Shown here one piece after another: positions 14,446-27,734 of a stretch of 63,064 nucleotides of DNA (its first letter is position 1; each line of letters opens with the position of its first letter). Position numbers and translations under genes: made by a program. Below the pieces are notes generated by a model. The model was given only the letters and a program-made list of their open reading frames with translations. It was not told the origin of the DNA and ran no database searches. Source of the DNA: Octopus bimaculoides (taxonomy: Eukaryota); contig NC_068984.1 of NCBI RefSeq assembly GCF_001194135.2, forward strand, positions 55,532,585 through 55,595,648, in the 5' to 3' direction.

Positions 14446-14880
14446 TGTAAGCGAATCTCTGTCAATCCCTCCTTCTACCCTGCCCTATCGAATTCCTCTC
14501 AAACTACCCCGTACTTGACAACAGGTTACGGCCTGCTGGAAATTTCAGCTAAATTTCCTACGAGTCACACGCTTGTATAGTCAATAATGACTATACATTA
14601 GACAATATAGGTCGTGCGCTCTATCAAAATGCGAGAGTCACGACTGGAACGCCTTTTGCTATATGCTTGCTTGAAGATGGCAGATTTGGGGACAAACAAC
14701 ACCAAGCATGTTATGCTACCAGCCCATAAAGGAAAGTTTCTGACTTGTCACTCAACTAACTAGAGATCGCAAGCAAAATCCTAGCTATCCCTTCATTTCG
14801 TCTTAAATGAAAGGAAACAACGAACAATGTAGCAATGAGAATGTAAGCGTGTGTGTGTCTCTCTTATACAGATAACATTG

Positions 14881-14916
<36 letters not shown>

Positions 14917-14938
14917 AACACAAATACACACACACAAC

Positions 14939-14969
<31 letters not shown>

Positions 14970-14987
14970 TTTGTGGAGATGCGTACT

Positions 14988-15185
14988 TTAGTGGTTACGT
15001 TGTTGATGTCTTGATCGTAAGATTGGTTTAGATCCTTGACCGGGCGATGCGTCGTGGCCTTGAGCAAAACACTTCTTTACATGTTGCTCCATTCAGCTGG
15101 TAAAAATAAATAATCCTGCGACAGACAGGCACCGCGACCAATTTGGGAAATATGTACACCTCAAAATCCTAGTCGCGCCAACAGC
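14988..15185 (+). mobile_element. Degraded tRNA-derived SINE
   Basis: Head tagtggttacg...gatcgtaag...ccgggcga...ccttgagcaaaacact...gttgctcca resembles the other SINE heads in the window. Confidence 0.55.
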
Positions 15186-15236
15186 CTTTTGATCTTTTTT
15201 GATATACATACAAACATATATGTACATACACACACA

Positions 15237-15290
<54 letters not shown>

Positions 15291-16304
15291 TTACGCATAA
15301 ACCCGGGGAAAACCAGCAGAAGGCGCTAAGTAATTCTTAACTGATTCGCAAAACCCACTTTTTATATGCACATTTGATTTCGTCTACATTTTTCTCCATG
15401 TAAATGTATTTTGTAAGTTTAAATATTCAACATTTTTGTCTTGCAAGAAAAATAAATTTAATTTTATACTCACTGGAAAAATACTAAAATTAGAGTGGAA
15501 TTGGCAAAAATGTTTCGAACTTCTATAAATTTTTGTGCGCGGAATTTCCAGTAGAAATTGATGGCTTTCATTATTTTTGATACCTTCTTTTACTTCTGAA
15601 AATTCATTTTAAAATGAAATTAGTAATTGGATTTTCTCATCTTTGAGGTGTTTTACTGTGTATTCCAATCAATATCACTATCACTTTAATACACACCATC
15701 AAAGTAATAGTACTATGAAGGCTGTCTTTGATATTTAAATTGAACCAAAAACAATAGAAGAAACATTTAGATAATGCTCTCTTCTTGAAATGGTTTATTT
15801 AAACTTTTAAATAATTTACAATAAATCCTACCAGCAAAGGAAGTTGTTGAGAAAAGAAGACAAGATTCAGTAATTCTATCATATCTAAACTGGTATCAGA
15901 TATGGCATTTGATTTTAACAGCTTGAGTTATTTGTGTCTCTCAAATTTTCTAACGAATATAGCTTCTTTTCCCCAAAACTACAATTTATCTTACCATATA
16001 TCATTTTGTCGAAGAGGCCTCAGTATTGATATCAGGATTATGCTGACGGTTAGACGACTATTTATTTGCTGTTGCTTGTCTTTTTTGTTTTGTTTTTTGA
16101 AATTTTTGCTTATCGTTGTGAATTATTCTGTGAGGTAAAATATTGTGAGTAGCGTTTCAGTGATCGTAATTAATACTTATTCGGTTGTCAAGTGTGAAAT
16201 TTTCAAAAGATTGAATAAAAAAATACATAGTAAATTAATTTGCAAGATATACGTATTCAAGAAAGAAGACTAAATAAATATATATCATTCTAAAGCTTTA
16301 AGTT

Positions 16305-16520
16305 GTGCGGCTTACTGGTTAAGGCATTGGACTCGCGATTGTAAGATTGTAGGTTCAATAACGATTTGTTTTCTTGAACAAAGCGCTACAATTTGTTTGT
16401 CGTTCCAGTCAACTCAACTGAAACAAGGATTAGTAGCAGTTGGGTGATAACTCCACGGTGAACTCACGTCTCATCCAGAGGAATGGGCGCAATATCGGTC
16501 ATTTATACAACCTGTGACCA
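16305..16520 (+). mobile_element. Degraded tRNA-derived SINE
   Basis: ggcttactggttaaggcattggactcgcgattgtaagattgtaggttcaat head followed by ccagtcaactcaactg core. Confidence 0.55.
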
Positions 16521-18824
16521 GGAATAACCTCCAGCCTCATGAATGTGTAGCCTTCAGAGAGTCAGTTCCTGAAGAGTCGTAGATGAGGTTCTATCCTTAA
16601 GATCATAGCTCATAATAGATGAAGTTATTTTCTGACATACACATATCCAAAGCTATGAAAAAGGGGTAATTTATGTTTCTGTGAGCAATACCGTTTTGTA
16701 TATTTCTAAAATAATCCAATATATAATTTGAAAATGTCCACCAAATAACATGATAAGAAATTGCTACAATTCTTTTAACATATTTGTTATTCTTTCTGAC
16801 CAAATTTCGATTAAGTTAGCAAAATCATTGTTAGATTTATTATAACGGATTTGCGTTTCTCACTAATTATAGACATAGTAGTGAATAACACCAACAAATC
16901 AGCCTACTATTAGGAATCGTATACGAATGAATTGAAATTCAATAATCTAGTTTATTTTGTATGATGCATTGATGTTTTGACTACCGCACACCTCTTTCAT
17001 ACGAGCGAAATCTAAATTTAATAATAAAATAATTCAAAAAAAAAAATCTCTTTAAATTTTAAACACGGAAACAATAGGCAGAAACAATAATTCCAGCGCA
17101 ATATATTGGCTATTTCAAATATGTTATTATCTATTGTTTAGATTTCATAAATGTACACGCTATAAAACGCATATACAAGAAGAAACGGTAAATGGAAAAC
17201 ATTTATTTTCATAACCCTATTGAATCTGATCACTACGAGAAACAAATCTATCAAATATATTTTTTTTATTAGAGTTAGCTATTTTTCTGTATGAAACTCG
17301 AAAGAAATAACGCAGAAAATTTTAGGCCTTCTGAAATAACACAATGAGCTATAAGAAAACATTTACCGAATCAATGTAAATTCGTTTTTAGATATTATTT
17401 CTTTTATATCAGGAACTGAATAAAGACGTTAAAAACTGCAACACCTAATTTTTCTTTAATTTCATGTATTCCCGAGCATGCTGTCTAAAATATAACTCTA
17501 ATTAAATGTGCGTGTTTACGTGACCTTTAGAATTTATTCAAAAATTATTTCTCATTTATTTCAATTATTACGCTAATAAAATAAATGGAAATGCATCCCA
17601 CGCTATACAAGAAATCATGCTGCTGCTTGTACGTACAGAACATTCAAACTAATTACGTCTAGTGCTTTCAAAATAAATTTTTTTTTTCTTGGCTCTTTGA
17701 AATATCTACACTGTATGAACAATATCTGAATTTTATTAAATAATTAAATGAACATTGTTAAATGTACTGCTCGAAAATCATCTCAGTGCTCTTCACAATA
17801 ATACATGGCTAATTTAACTGCTTGTTTTAATGATAATGTTCTCAACAGTATACTGACATCGACAACTGAGAATTTACTGATACGTAATGGCAGGCAATGT
17901 TTCATATTTGCGTTGTTTAGTAACAAAATAGAATAAGATCAATAAAAACGTCACTCTGTTTTTAATAGACTCCAAACTAAGATGTTTCGAAGAACACGGA
18001 TACAATGAATTTAATATATACAGCAACTACGTGTTTCAACTAACAACTTACATATAAATATCCAATACAATTCGAAGTATTATTTAAATATGTTATCAGA
18101 TGAATATTGGTCTTACTTTCATTCATTTCGTTCAAGACATTATTTTTCAAGACTATAGAGTACCAGTTGATATTGAAATATATTACACACATGCGCTAAC
18201 ATGTGTGCATGTGCTTGTGTGTGTGTGTGTGTGTGTTTGTGTGTTTGTGTGTATGTATGTGTGTGCGTGTGCATCTGTGTGTGTGTGTGTGTGTTGTGTG
18301 TGTGCGTGTGCAATTCTACATTTAATTTATTTATATAAACAATCAGTTTCTGGAATACGAAACACTTTCAAGAATTTTAAAAATTCAAAAGAGTAGATAT
18401 TTCTGGAACGGATGTGAAAGAATATATTTGCAATTTAGTTTCTTTTTTTTTTAAACTAAATTTACACTGAATACAATAATATAAATGAATAGGTGTAATT
18501 AGAATGAAGATAGGTCATTAACACATAATAGCAATACTAAATTACTATCAATAGTTTCATTGATAGGATGGTATGTTATTGAGAATCAGAAGAAAAATTT
18601 GCTGAACCAAATCTAATATAGTCTTTCAAAAACCCAGTAACAGTTGTGGTGTAAATTCGTGAAATCACTTCTAAAAACATGAAACTCATTTTTATCATTT
18701 ATTTAATTACTGCATTTGTTGCATGTATTGAGGAATAGTTTTCAATGAGTATTGAGCATTATAGTTGTCCCAAGACCTGGTTTTTTTCTTTGACAGGTTT
18801 CAGTGTTTGGCCGTTTCGCTTACC

Positions 18825-19045
18825 CATTTGGCGGATGGTGGAAATATTTAGCGCCCCAGAGGAAACTGCTTGCGATATTTGTTTCAGATCATAATAATCT
18901 GAGATCAGATCCAGCTGAGGTCAAATTAATATCTCAATCCCTTTGGGGTCGATAAAATAAACTACTGGTCAAGAATTATGGTCGATATTATTGACTAATA
19001 CCTAACCTCGAAATTGCTAGCATTTTGACTAAATTTGAAGCAATT
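18825..19045 (+). mobile_element. tRNA-derived SINE, family D (degraded)
   Basis: Contains gctgaggtcaa...ccctttggggtcgataaaataaactactgg...ggtcgat, matching other family D copies. Confidence 0.6.
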
Positions 19046-20835
19046 CACCGGTTATACAAGGATTAAAGATTAAACTCTGCATGTTAGGAGAGCACTCGGA
19101 AATATGAAGTGCCACATTTTAATGTCTATGACATTACTCCTTAACACACATTAACAATTACATCACCTAGATTGACAAAATTCTCAAGCATATAATATAG
19201 TGTCCTTATTGCATAAATCCATAAATCCAAATAGCTATCATAAATTACACTTACAATAAAAACAAACTTATTTTTCAAACAAAAGGATCATACAGCTTTC
19301 ACTACAAAACAATTTTGCAATCCTTTTGTGTTTAATTTGATTGTATGACTCGCAGAGTATGATTTACGAGTTTATTAATGACTTATAAATATATTTGATA
19401 TCTCTTTTATCAATCTTCTTCATATTTAGTATTTTGTCTTCAGTAAATCTTGGCTATTGTAGTAAAATGAGTTTATAGGAACTTTCTGCTGATACAGATA
19501 ACAAGGTTTCTGATATTGTCCGTGACTAATATGCTTAATATATTTAAACTATAGTAATTTTCTGGGTGATTTATAACCTAGAGCTCAAAACTACTCATTA
19601 AGTTAAGCATCAGTTGCAATTTATTGTCAGTATTGTATTAGCAAACTCCTACTCGGTCTCCAAAACAGTAATGACACAATATGAACATTATTCATTCAAT
19701 CATTCAGAATTTCCATTTTATTCTAAGTTCTATCACAGTCTATTTCTACTTGTATTTCAAATATCTATGAATTCAATGACTAGCTTCATACGTGCAATTG
19801 TCTATTTGGAAAGTCCAAAAGGCTATGTAACTCATATGCTACAGTGAAATTGTGTTCAACAAACTGACTTCCTCACATACCAATTATTTTTCAATTCTTT
19901 ACAGTATCACTGGCTACTGCGGAAATATCTGAAAATTTACAAAATATCTATCTCACATACCTGACAATACACACTTCTTTGCTCTCGAATAACCAGTCAC
20001 TAAAGCAAATTTTAATAGCTTGCTTCACTGGTTAGATACAAAAAGTTTTACAAAACGCTTGAATATTTAAATAAGTGTGAGAAGTTTCAGTCAGTTTATT
20101 CGTTTCATCTTGTCATAGGACTATAACCACTATAGTCTCACAAATCAAACTTCTGTCATCCTTATTGATCTCCAGATTGAAAACTATCATATATTGCCTA
20201 TCGTTTGAAGGAATTTCCCTTTTGAATCATTTGAAAGATGTGTTCAGTTCAATTTATAATCTTTCTCAAAAAGATTTTACGTTATGCACCAGAATTATAA
20301 ATGACATTATCTGATACAATGTATTATAATACACAGATTGTTTGAGGGATTTTACGACAAAAATGCCCTTACTAATATGATCTATTTAGGATGTGTAAAT
20401 GGGAATTCGTATTTTTCACAAAGACAAAATTCTCAGTGTTAACGATAATGTTATACACAGAAATAAATAATTTACTCTTAGTATATACATATACCCTCAA
20501 ATCAAGTGGTAGCAATATCTTTCTGTAGTACCTGGCCTAAACTTTAGTGAGGAAGGAGTAGAGGTGATTTACATTGAAATTGCTACATAGTCATCGAATA
20601 GAGAAACAGACGCGTTAATATTCAGAACGCGAAACATTGTTAAATATCTCAAAGTATCTTCAATGACAAGCTGCCGTTTCTATCACTTACCAATTGCTCT
20701 TCTTAGATAATATTAACTACTTTTATAGCAGTTTACTTTTATAGTGTCAGCGAATTGGTAAAATCATTCGGAAGTCGGTTAGACTACGTTACTGTTTCAA
20801 AGTCACATTTTTCGTGCTAGTCCATGTTAGTGGAA

Positions 20836-21028
20836 TTATTTGAGCGCTGGATGGGATAACCTCTTCTTGCTAACGACACTAGTATACGCTGCATCGAATT
20901 CGTCTTTTTCTTGGGTAACATCGGTGTAGATGAGACGAGCATCAATGAGCAAGCTGTTATTTTCCTCAAACATTTCCAGAGGCATGAGCGTTGGAATAGA
21001 ACTTCTAATGTGTAAATAGTCAAAACGT
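20836..21028 (-). CDS. Coding-like island; candidate minus-strand terminal exon (RFDYLHIRSSIPTLMPLEMFEENNSLLIDARLIYTDVTQEKDEFDAAYTSVVSKKRLSHPALK*)
   Basis: GC-elevated island with RNY codon periodicity. Acceptor catctgttacAG at 21030-21029, then a 63-aa open frame to TAA. The codon-aligned plus frame has one internal stop. Strand unresolved. Confidence 0.3.
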
Positions 21029-21623
21029 CTGTAACAGATGACAATGGTATATGGAAGAAATCTATAATTACTTGGTCCCCAGTCCATCTCACCAATCTAC
21101 CGTTTCTCATCTGACTAAGTCATATGTTTATAGAACAAAAGAAAACACTGAAAATAAATTATCTATTCCAATATTATTTTGTGTATTTCATGTCATAGTA
21201 TCACTTAGTTAATACGTTAACCTTCTCTTTATTCGCCAGTGTATTTCAGCTTTTAATTTCACACCGTTTCTTGTTATCAATCTAAAATTAGAACATGTAT
21301 CATTCTTAAGTGGCTTCTGCGTGTAGCAAGCAATTAGGCTTTTTAATAGCATACTTTGAAGGAAAGAAGCAAAGCAAGGAGAAAAGTATCAGATGATAGA
21401 TAACATTTCTAAACTTACTTGTGATTTTACTCATCCATTAGAAACTCGATGCTTCATGAATATAATAATTATTGCTGTAATGAATATTTATATACAGTAA
21501 GCATTTCAGGTGATATTTATTTGTCACGTGCTATGTAGATATTTTCAAATGAAGACTAAGATAACATAATCAATACGATGTTTTTGAACTTATATACATT
21601 AATAAAGGAATGTATTTTTCAAG

Positions 21624-21810
21624 GGTAAAGGCAGTGACTATGACCCACTGAAGGACTCCGAGTATGCTGAAAAGAGTAAGGGAGATATTGCAAACCGAAT
21701 AAAGATGTTCGTTGTAGTCATCATACTTGTTTACTTCGGGTCTTTCACTGATAATGTTGTTAGCGGCGAGAAACTCAGCATTATCTCTACCTTCATTGAA
21801 TTTCAGAAAG
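21624..21810 (+). CDS. Coding-like island; candidate plus-strand exon with signal-peptide-like MFVVVIILVYFGSFTDNVVSG-EKLSIISTFIEFQK (ATG 21705)
   Basis: The island edges coincide with acceptor tatttttcaAG (21622-21623) and donor AAG|GTTAAC (21811, weak). The whole exon is open in phase 0 to phase 1. The ATG has A at -3. The antisense codon-aligned frame is also open. Confidence 0.35.
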
Positions 21811-21873
21811 GTTAACACGCATGCATACGTACTTATGTATGTATATTTCTATATATATACACATACTCTTTCA

Positions 21874-21964
21874 CTTTGTTTATTCTTTTACTTGTTTCAG
21901 TCATTTAACTGTGACCATGCTGGAGCACCGCCTTTAGTCGAGCAGATCGACTCCAGGACTTATT
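21874..21964 (-). mobile_element. 3' fragment of SINE family C
   Basis: Reverse complement of aataagtcctggagtcgatctgctcgactaaaggcggtgctccagcatggtcacagttaaatgactgaaacaagtaaaag, matching 32340-32432. Confidence 0.8.
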
Positions 21965-21984
21965 TATGATGCTAAAATATCTAA

Positions 21985-22426
21985 TGGCAGTTTTTGAGAG
22001 TCCATTTACATGCCTGAACAAATGAAAAACCAGTCTCAGTTCTCATATTCAGGAGTTCAGGAGGCGTCGCCTAGAAAAAAGGATTTGGTACAATTCTTCA
22101 GGACAGGGAAAACAGAAAGAAATTTCCAATCATATAGCAAGTAACCTTGCTTATAATTTCCCACTCTACAAAAAAATGTTTTTCTTATTTTACGGATCCC
22201 AAATAAGTTTACTGAGGCTGGTACTAGAAACCTTGTTCCTATTGCTAAAGGTGTAAATATGGTCAGATATTCGTCTTTTGATAAAATTTTGCGTTGCCCC
22301 TACGTAAAAGAAATTCTTACCTTCATATTTTACTTTACATCTGTAAACAACATTTTTGTTTACAATAATTTTAAAGCAAACATTTACTTCTAGACTTGCA
22401 TTCACAAACTATATTTTCATTACTAC

Positions 22427-22458
<32 letters not shown>

Positions 22459-23060
22459 CATTTTATATCATTATCTTCAGTGCGATGGCTCTTAGCTATA
22501 TTACCTACACTGAAAAGGCTGAAATGGGATTTGATTTTGGTTGTTTCCCCTTCTACACTAGACGACTCAAGTATACATTTCTTACTAACATTCTAAGAGC
22601 ATTACCTTTGTTGCATTTACTACGGTTATAATTATAAAAATTAGATAATTTTTTTTTTTGTTAATTGAAAAACATTATCTTGGACAAGGTATTTGATACA
22701 TAAAAGGCAACTTTAAGAAGTTAAGGGTGAATAATATCATAATATCTATTTTCCTTTATAAAGTGTTTAGAAAAAGTTTGTAGAAGGCCCTGTCCAAATT
22801 AGTCTTAATTTACTTAGCGAATGGAATTATAAACCAAATAATGTTGTTCTTATCAGGACATGCATTATAACGTTCAAATTTTTGAAATTTATTAAATATA
22901 TAACGGGTGTGTCTTTTACTCTATTATTCATATTCTTAATCGTATGAGGATAATTAGAAGAACGTAGTATTTCTTTGATTGTCGTATTTTGTATATCAAA
23001 TTTCTCATTTGGACATTTAACCCTACTTACCCTATCCTTATCCCTATTCATGGCAGTGCA
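21985..23060 (-). mobile_element. Penelope-like element fragment (RT C-terminal linker plus GIY-YIG endonuclease), frameshifted
   Basis: Minus-strand translation gives NNIIWF.IPF...IKTNL.R.F, LKVAFY, NVVYRCKVKYEGKNFFYVGATQNFIKRRISDH..TFSN....STSLSKLIWD, EWEIISK..CY and LLN.RTE. This is the typical PLE GIY-YIG architecture. A (TTA)n tract interrupts it. Confidence 0.85.
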
Positions 23061-23229
23061 GTTTATTTAAAATCTTTACTAACATCAGAAGTATTCATGC
23101 TATTAAAGATATTGATGCTCACATTTTTACCATAATACATCAAGTTTTGTCTATACACAGCTTTGCTGAGTACCACATTATAAAATTCAGCATTTTTTCA
23201 AAAATATCTTTAGACGATAGAACAATTGT

Positions 23230-23965
23230 ACGAAATCCGTTTTTCCAGTTGGTGCCTCCAATTTGAAAACTGTTCTGCACATTGGTCCCCATGTTATAAA
23301 GTTCACACGTTAATATTGAAGGATAATTTCTGTACTTTATTCCATAGATATGAAGACTTAATGCACGCTTTTATTTCACCAGATCTTGTTCGTCTCGGAA
23401 TGACTGGTAATGTCTGTCTGATAAAACTAATGTAACCCCTCCCATAGATTTATTGTTGCCTCTTATGTCCTGTAAGGTCTTATAAAGAGCTTCCATCGCA
23501 CCTCTGTGTGACATGGTGCATTCATCCAAAAAGAATATGTGGCTGAACCTGAACATTTGCTGATGTTACAAATTGGACTGTCATTTGTGACCATGTTTTG
23601 CGGTAACTTAAAAGCAGAATGAGCTGTTGGTTCTCCTGGGAGAATAGTGGCAGCAATGCCAGACGATGCTACAGCAACTGCAATTCTATCTTTTTTTCTC
23701 TGCCTTACCGTGGAGAGAAGCAATGTTGTTACGAATGTTTTGCCTGTGCCACCAGGAGCATCAATAAAGAAAATTCCTCCGCTTCTTTCTCTGACTGACT
23801 AAATAATTTTATCATATGCACAACGTTGTTCTGGAAGAAATTTATGTTCATGTTCATTCACAAATGCAGCCAACTCTGTTATATCATAATTTGTCTCTCT
23901 TGCTATGTCTCTTGAATTTAAATTTGACGGTTTGTTTTTGGCAGTCCAGAGCCAGACTCTTGCAA
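23230..23965 (-). mobile_element. Helitron PIF1-like helicase fragment (N-terminal motifs), degenerate
   Basis: RETNYDITEL...EQRCAYDKI...GGIFFIDAPGGTGKTF (Walker A), IAVAVASSGIAATILPG..TAHSAFKLP, FLDECTMSHR (Walker B), GGVTLVL, KACIKSSYLW. Contains stops and frameshifts. Confidence 0.9.
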
Positions 23966-26347
23966 AATTTTGCCTCTAATGGCCAAAACTTTATCCTCAA
24001 TTTAAATTAGTGCTCGGTTAAAAATTGTTTCAGAGAACTGAATATTGATATCTGAGTTTTCCTGTTGAACTGCATACTTTAAGTCCTGAGCCATGTCCTT
24101 ACGATGTTTTGACAGACAGAGAACGAAAGAGAAGTATGTTCGTGTGTAAGCGCAATAGGAAAATAATGATGGGCAGGTGTATGAATGAATATATCAAATA
24201 CTTATACGCATGTAGAAGTAAATATATATGGCTATATGTATTCGTGTTTGTTAATATATTCAGAAAAGTCTACGTGCCGTTGCTTATTTCTGTCATTTAT
24301 GAACTGCAATTTCCAGCAAAGTTGTCAATCTTAAACTCTATCAGGATCAGTAAAGTTTAAAATGATATTCGCAAAGATGAATGTTAATATTGTTAATATA
24401 ATCACTTTCTCTGAATATCATTGTATCGTTTGAATGATTGTTCATCTTTCTTAGATTATATTTTAAATATGGTAAAATTTTATATGATTTTTTTACAGAA
24501 TATAACTATTTCAAAACACCTTGTTTACCCCGTTTAGTTTTTCACTTGAAATCATTCACATGCTTTTCTTGCAATAGGCACATAAGTTATAATTATATGC
24601 TGAAAAGCCTTGAAACCATCATTTAGGTACAGAATAATACAGAATTTCTTTTCTAGCCTCGAGTTATATCAATACCGTTCATTAAAAATAGATTCTTTTT
24701 CTAGTATTTTATAAATATTTACCCCTTACAGCATTACTCTCTATTGCTGTAATATGTATAGCTTCATAAATAAAGAGAGGTTGTCAGGAATTTTACTAAG
24801 ACACAATTTATTATGCATACAATACAGTGAAAAAAAAATGGATTCAGATTCTCCAATGCAATTATCAGATTTACTTTTAAGCTGTTGGCTTCGAAAATGA
24901 AAACAAATATAACCGAAGTGTCTCAAAAATAAACATGATTATATCTTTATGTTTAAGTGCTATGCTTAGAAATGTGTATGTATGCTTCTGCACGAAACTA
25001 TGTGATAAGTAAAAACTTATACTTTTACTGCTGCAAGAGTAATGAAGTTAACGATTCTTGAAAGAAAATTCATTTGAAGAATTTAAGGCTAACAATTCAA
25101 TCATACAGCCACAAACATTTCACTTTTCAAAATTTAACGCATATCAGGTACGAATTAGGTCACAACTAGAGATCTTTGTAAAGATAATGAACTCAGTTAA
25201 AACATGGCCCTGTTATTGCTAAATAAACACACGTTACTCTAAATATATTCTTTTCTACTCTAGGCACAACGTCCGATATATTAGATCGACACTAGTGTGC
25301 AACGCCTGGCGTGCTAACGTTTCTGCCAGCTCAAGCTTTGTTACTCAAAATATATTATACCGCAAAGTAATTACCTTACACAGCATTAAGTCAATGAAAA
25401 TTCCATTGTCCTGTAAGACTAAGGATAAAGTAAATGTTTCTAACAAGTATATAATGAACGTGAACTTCTATATTTTTAACATTTTGCTTGATTGTATAAT
25501 ATAAGCTTGGGTAAATAATTCTAAAAGATTCTACCTTAACTTGAGCTTCTTCAATATAGGCAGATGTGTTCAATACAAATAAATGTCGGTTTTTTACAAT
25601 GCCATCTTCAAAATAAAAACAAATCGTGCAAAACATGCAAAAAAATACACGCATACAATCCTATTTACAATCCTTTTATATTGCTTACAAAATAAGCATG
25701 ACTCTTAGTAACCATGAATTTAAATAGAAGAGACATACATACATACATACATTCATACATAGGGATAGGTGGAGAAATAAATACTTATATACAGGCTTGA
25801 TAGTCTACACTGTGTATAAAGATATTGGTATCTTTTTATATACAAGCTTGCACAGTAAGTTTAGGTACCCTCAATGGTTATGTGTATGTATGTGTGGATG
25901 ACGATCTGACTGCCAAATTGATCGGTGATATATGACCAATTAGACTGTTGGCATAGAAACTAGCGTATCAGTCTACTGGGCAAACAATTTTCAGTATATT
26001 TAATTTGATTTCATACTAAATGATGGTAGTTACAATTTGTCCATTTTAATATTTGTTTGATATTAGCACATGGATATTGTGTTTAACCGTATGAAAATTG
26101 ATTTATTTAAATATAATTAAAATTGGTTGTATTTGGGAAACAAAAGAGAAATGTTTCAAGGTCTAAGCCTTTTGCCATGTTACACACTCTGTATGTGTTC
26201 TTTATGCATCTGTCTCTTCGAGAAAAAGGTTCATATTGATCAAAGAACTTTCATAACCTTAATAATCATAGGACGAAAACTATTTAGTCGCTTATATATG
26301 TGCGTGTGTGTATAGATAGTCGCTTATATATGTGTGTATGTGTGTGT

Positions 26348-26420
<73 letters not shown>
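26348..26420. repeat. (GATA)n tetranucleotide microsatellite, preceded by a 32-bp tandem duplication (26285-26347)
   Basis: Read directly from sequence. Confidence 0.95.
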
Positions 26421-26421
<1 letters not shown>

Positions 26422-27190
26422 TTTTTGCAAACAACTTGCAGATGCAAGTGTTACCAGTTAAAAGCTCCGCAAGTTTATGGGGTCATCAGGAAAGAATACG
26501 TTTCGGGGCTCTTCTCTCCACGGCATCATTGCGCACCGCCCAGCCCCCCCTCCAACCCACTGAAATGTGACGCCGCTTTCTAGATCAATGATTCTTTCAC
26601 AAATTTTCCCTATAACGTTGTGGTAAAGTTTCTTTCTCACATACATTGTTACATACACACACACACACACATACATGCACACTCTTATAGAGAGAGAGAT
26701 GCGTGAGTTGCACGCGTGTAAGAGTGTTGCTCATGAATGTCAGTGTTTATTCTTTGCATTTTTACAGTGTATATGCGGTAGTGTTGATTGGGCACATGAT
26801 ATATATATAATCTGATTCTAGATGCCTATAAAGACATTTATAATCTCTATACATAATTTAATAACTTTATATTCTTATATGCTGACCTTTATCATCAAAC
26901 GGTATGTCCGTATCAGACATGACTGAACAAACTGTGTTCATAATACATAGAATATGTTTAAAGAATTTGTACATTAATCATTAATTTTTGTTACACAGCT
27001 GTCACCTTGTCAAAAAGTTGTTAATGGTTTGAAAATACAAATTTACACTTCGTTAATAAGTCCATTTGTCTAGGTTTTTTCTTTAGTTTAATCAGTCGTA
27101 AAGGACGTATGCGTGGAAAACAAAATATGTTCAGAAGGAAATAAATTTTCACTGTAAAGTTGTACTAGAGTCCCTTTCTCGCACACAATG

Positions 27191-27234
<44 letters not shown>

Positions 27235-27254
27235 ACTTTGTATACATATAGGCA

Positions 27255-27640
27255 TTGTTGTTGTTGGCACTCCGTCGCTTACGACGTCGAGGGTTCCAGT
27301 TGATCCGATCAACGGAACAGTCTGCTCGTGAAATTAACATGCAAGTGGCTGAGCACTCCACAGTGCACGTGTACCCTTAACGTAGTTCTCGGGCATATTC
27401 AGCGTGACACAGTGTGACAAGGCTGACCCTTTGAATTACAGGCACAACAGAAACAGAAAGTAAGAGTGAGAGAAATTTGTGGTGAAAGAGTACAGTAGGG
27501 TTCGCCACCATCCCCTACCGGAGCCTCGTGGAGCTTTAGGTGTTTTCGCTCAATAAACACTCACAACGCCCGGTCTGGGAATCGAAACCACGATCCTATG
27601 ACCGCGAGTCCGCTGCCTTAACCACTGGGCCATTGCGCCC
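27255..27640 (-). mobile_element. tRNA-derived SINE, family A, near full length
   Basis: Reverse complement has head ggcgcaatggcccagtggttaaggcagcggactcgcggtcataggatcgtggtttcgattcccagaccggg (A and B boxes), the family A tail and a (CAA)n terminus. Confidence 0.85.
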
Positions 27641-27734
27641 CCACACATATAGGCATACGAACACGCATACATGCATGTATAGATTCAAAAGCATAGATGC
27701 ATATGCATCCCTATACGTGAAGTTTGTGTGAAGT

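Noticed and set aside
21570-21818. Resemblance of the minus frame to a GPCR: class A TM3 (C...AFTLEKY with the usual C-to-ERY spacing) or class C TM1 (ISLTLFSILG...P...SY, like CaSR)
   Set aside because: A stop follows immediately, no further helices appear, there is no credible minus acceptor, and the distal part is intron-like AT-rich DNA. Two incompatible families fit equally well, which points to chance matching on a hydrophobic stretch.
26479-26508. Minus-strand GAAAC...CTGATGA, hammerhead-like cores
   Set aside because: The flanks that should form stem II are both CCCC (not complementary), and stems I and III cannot be built.
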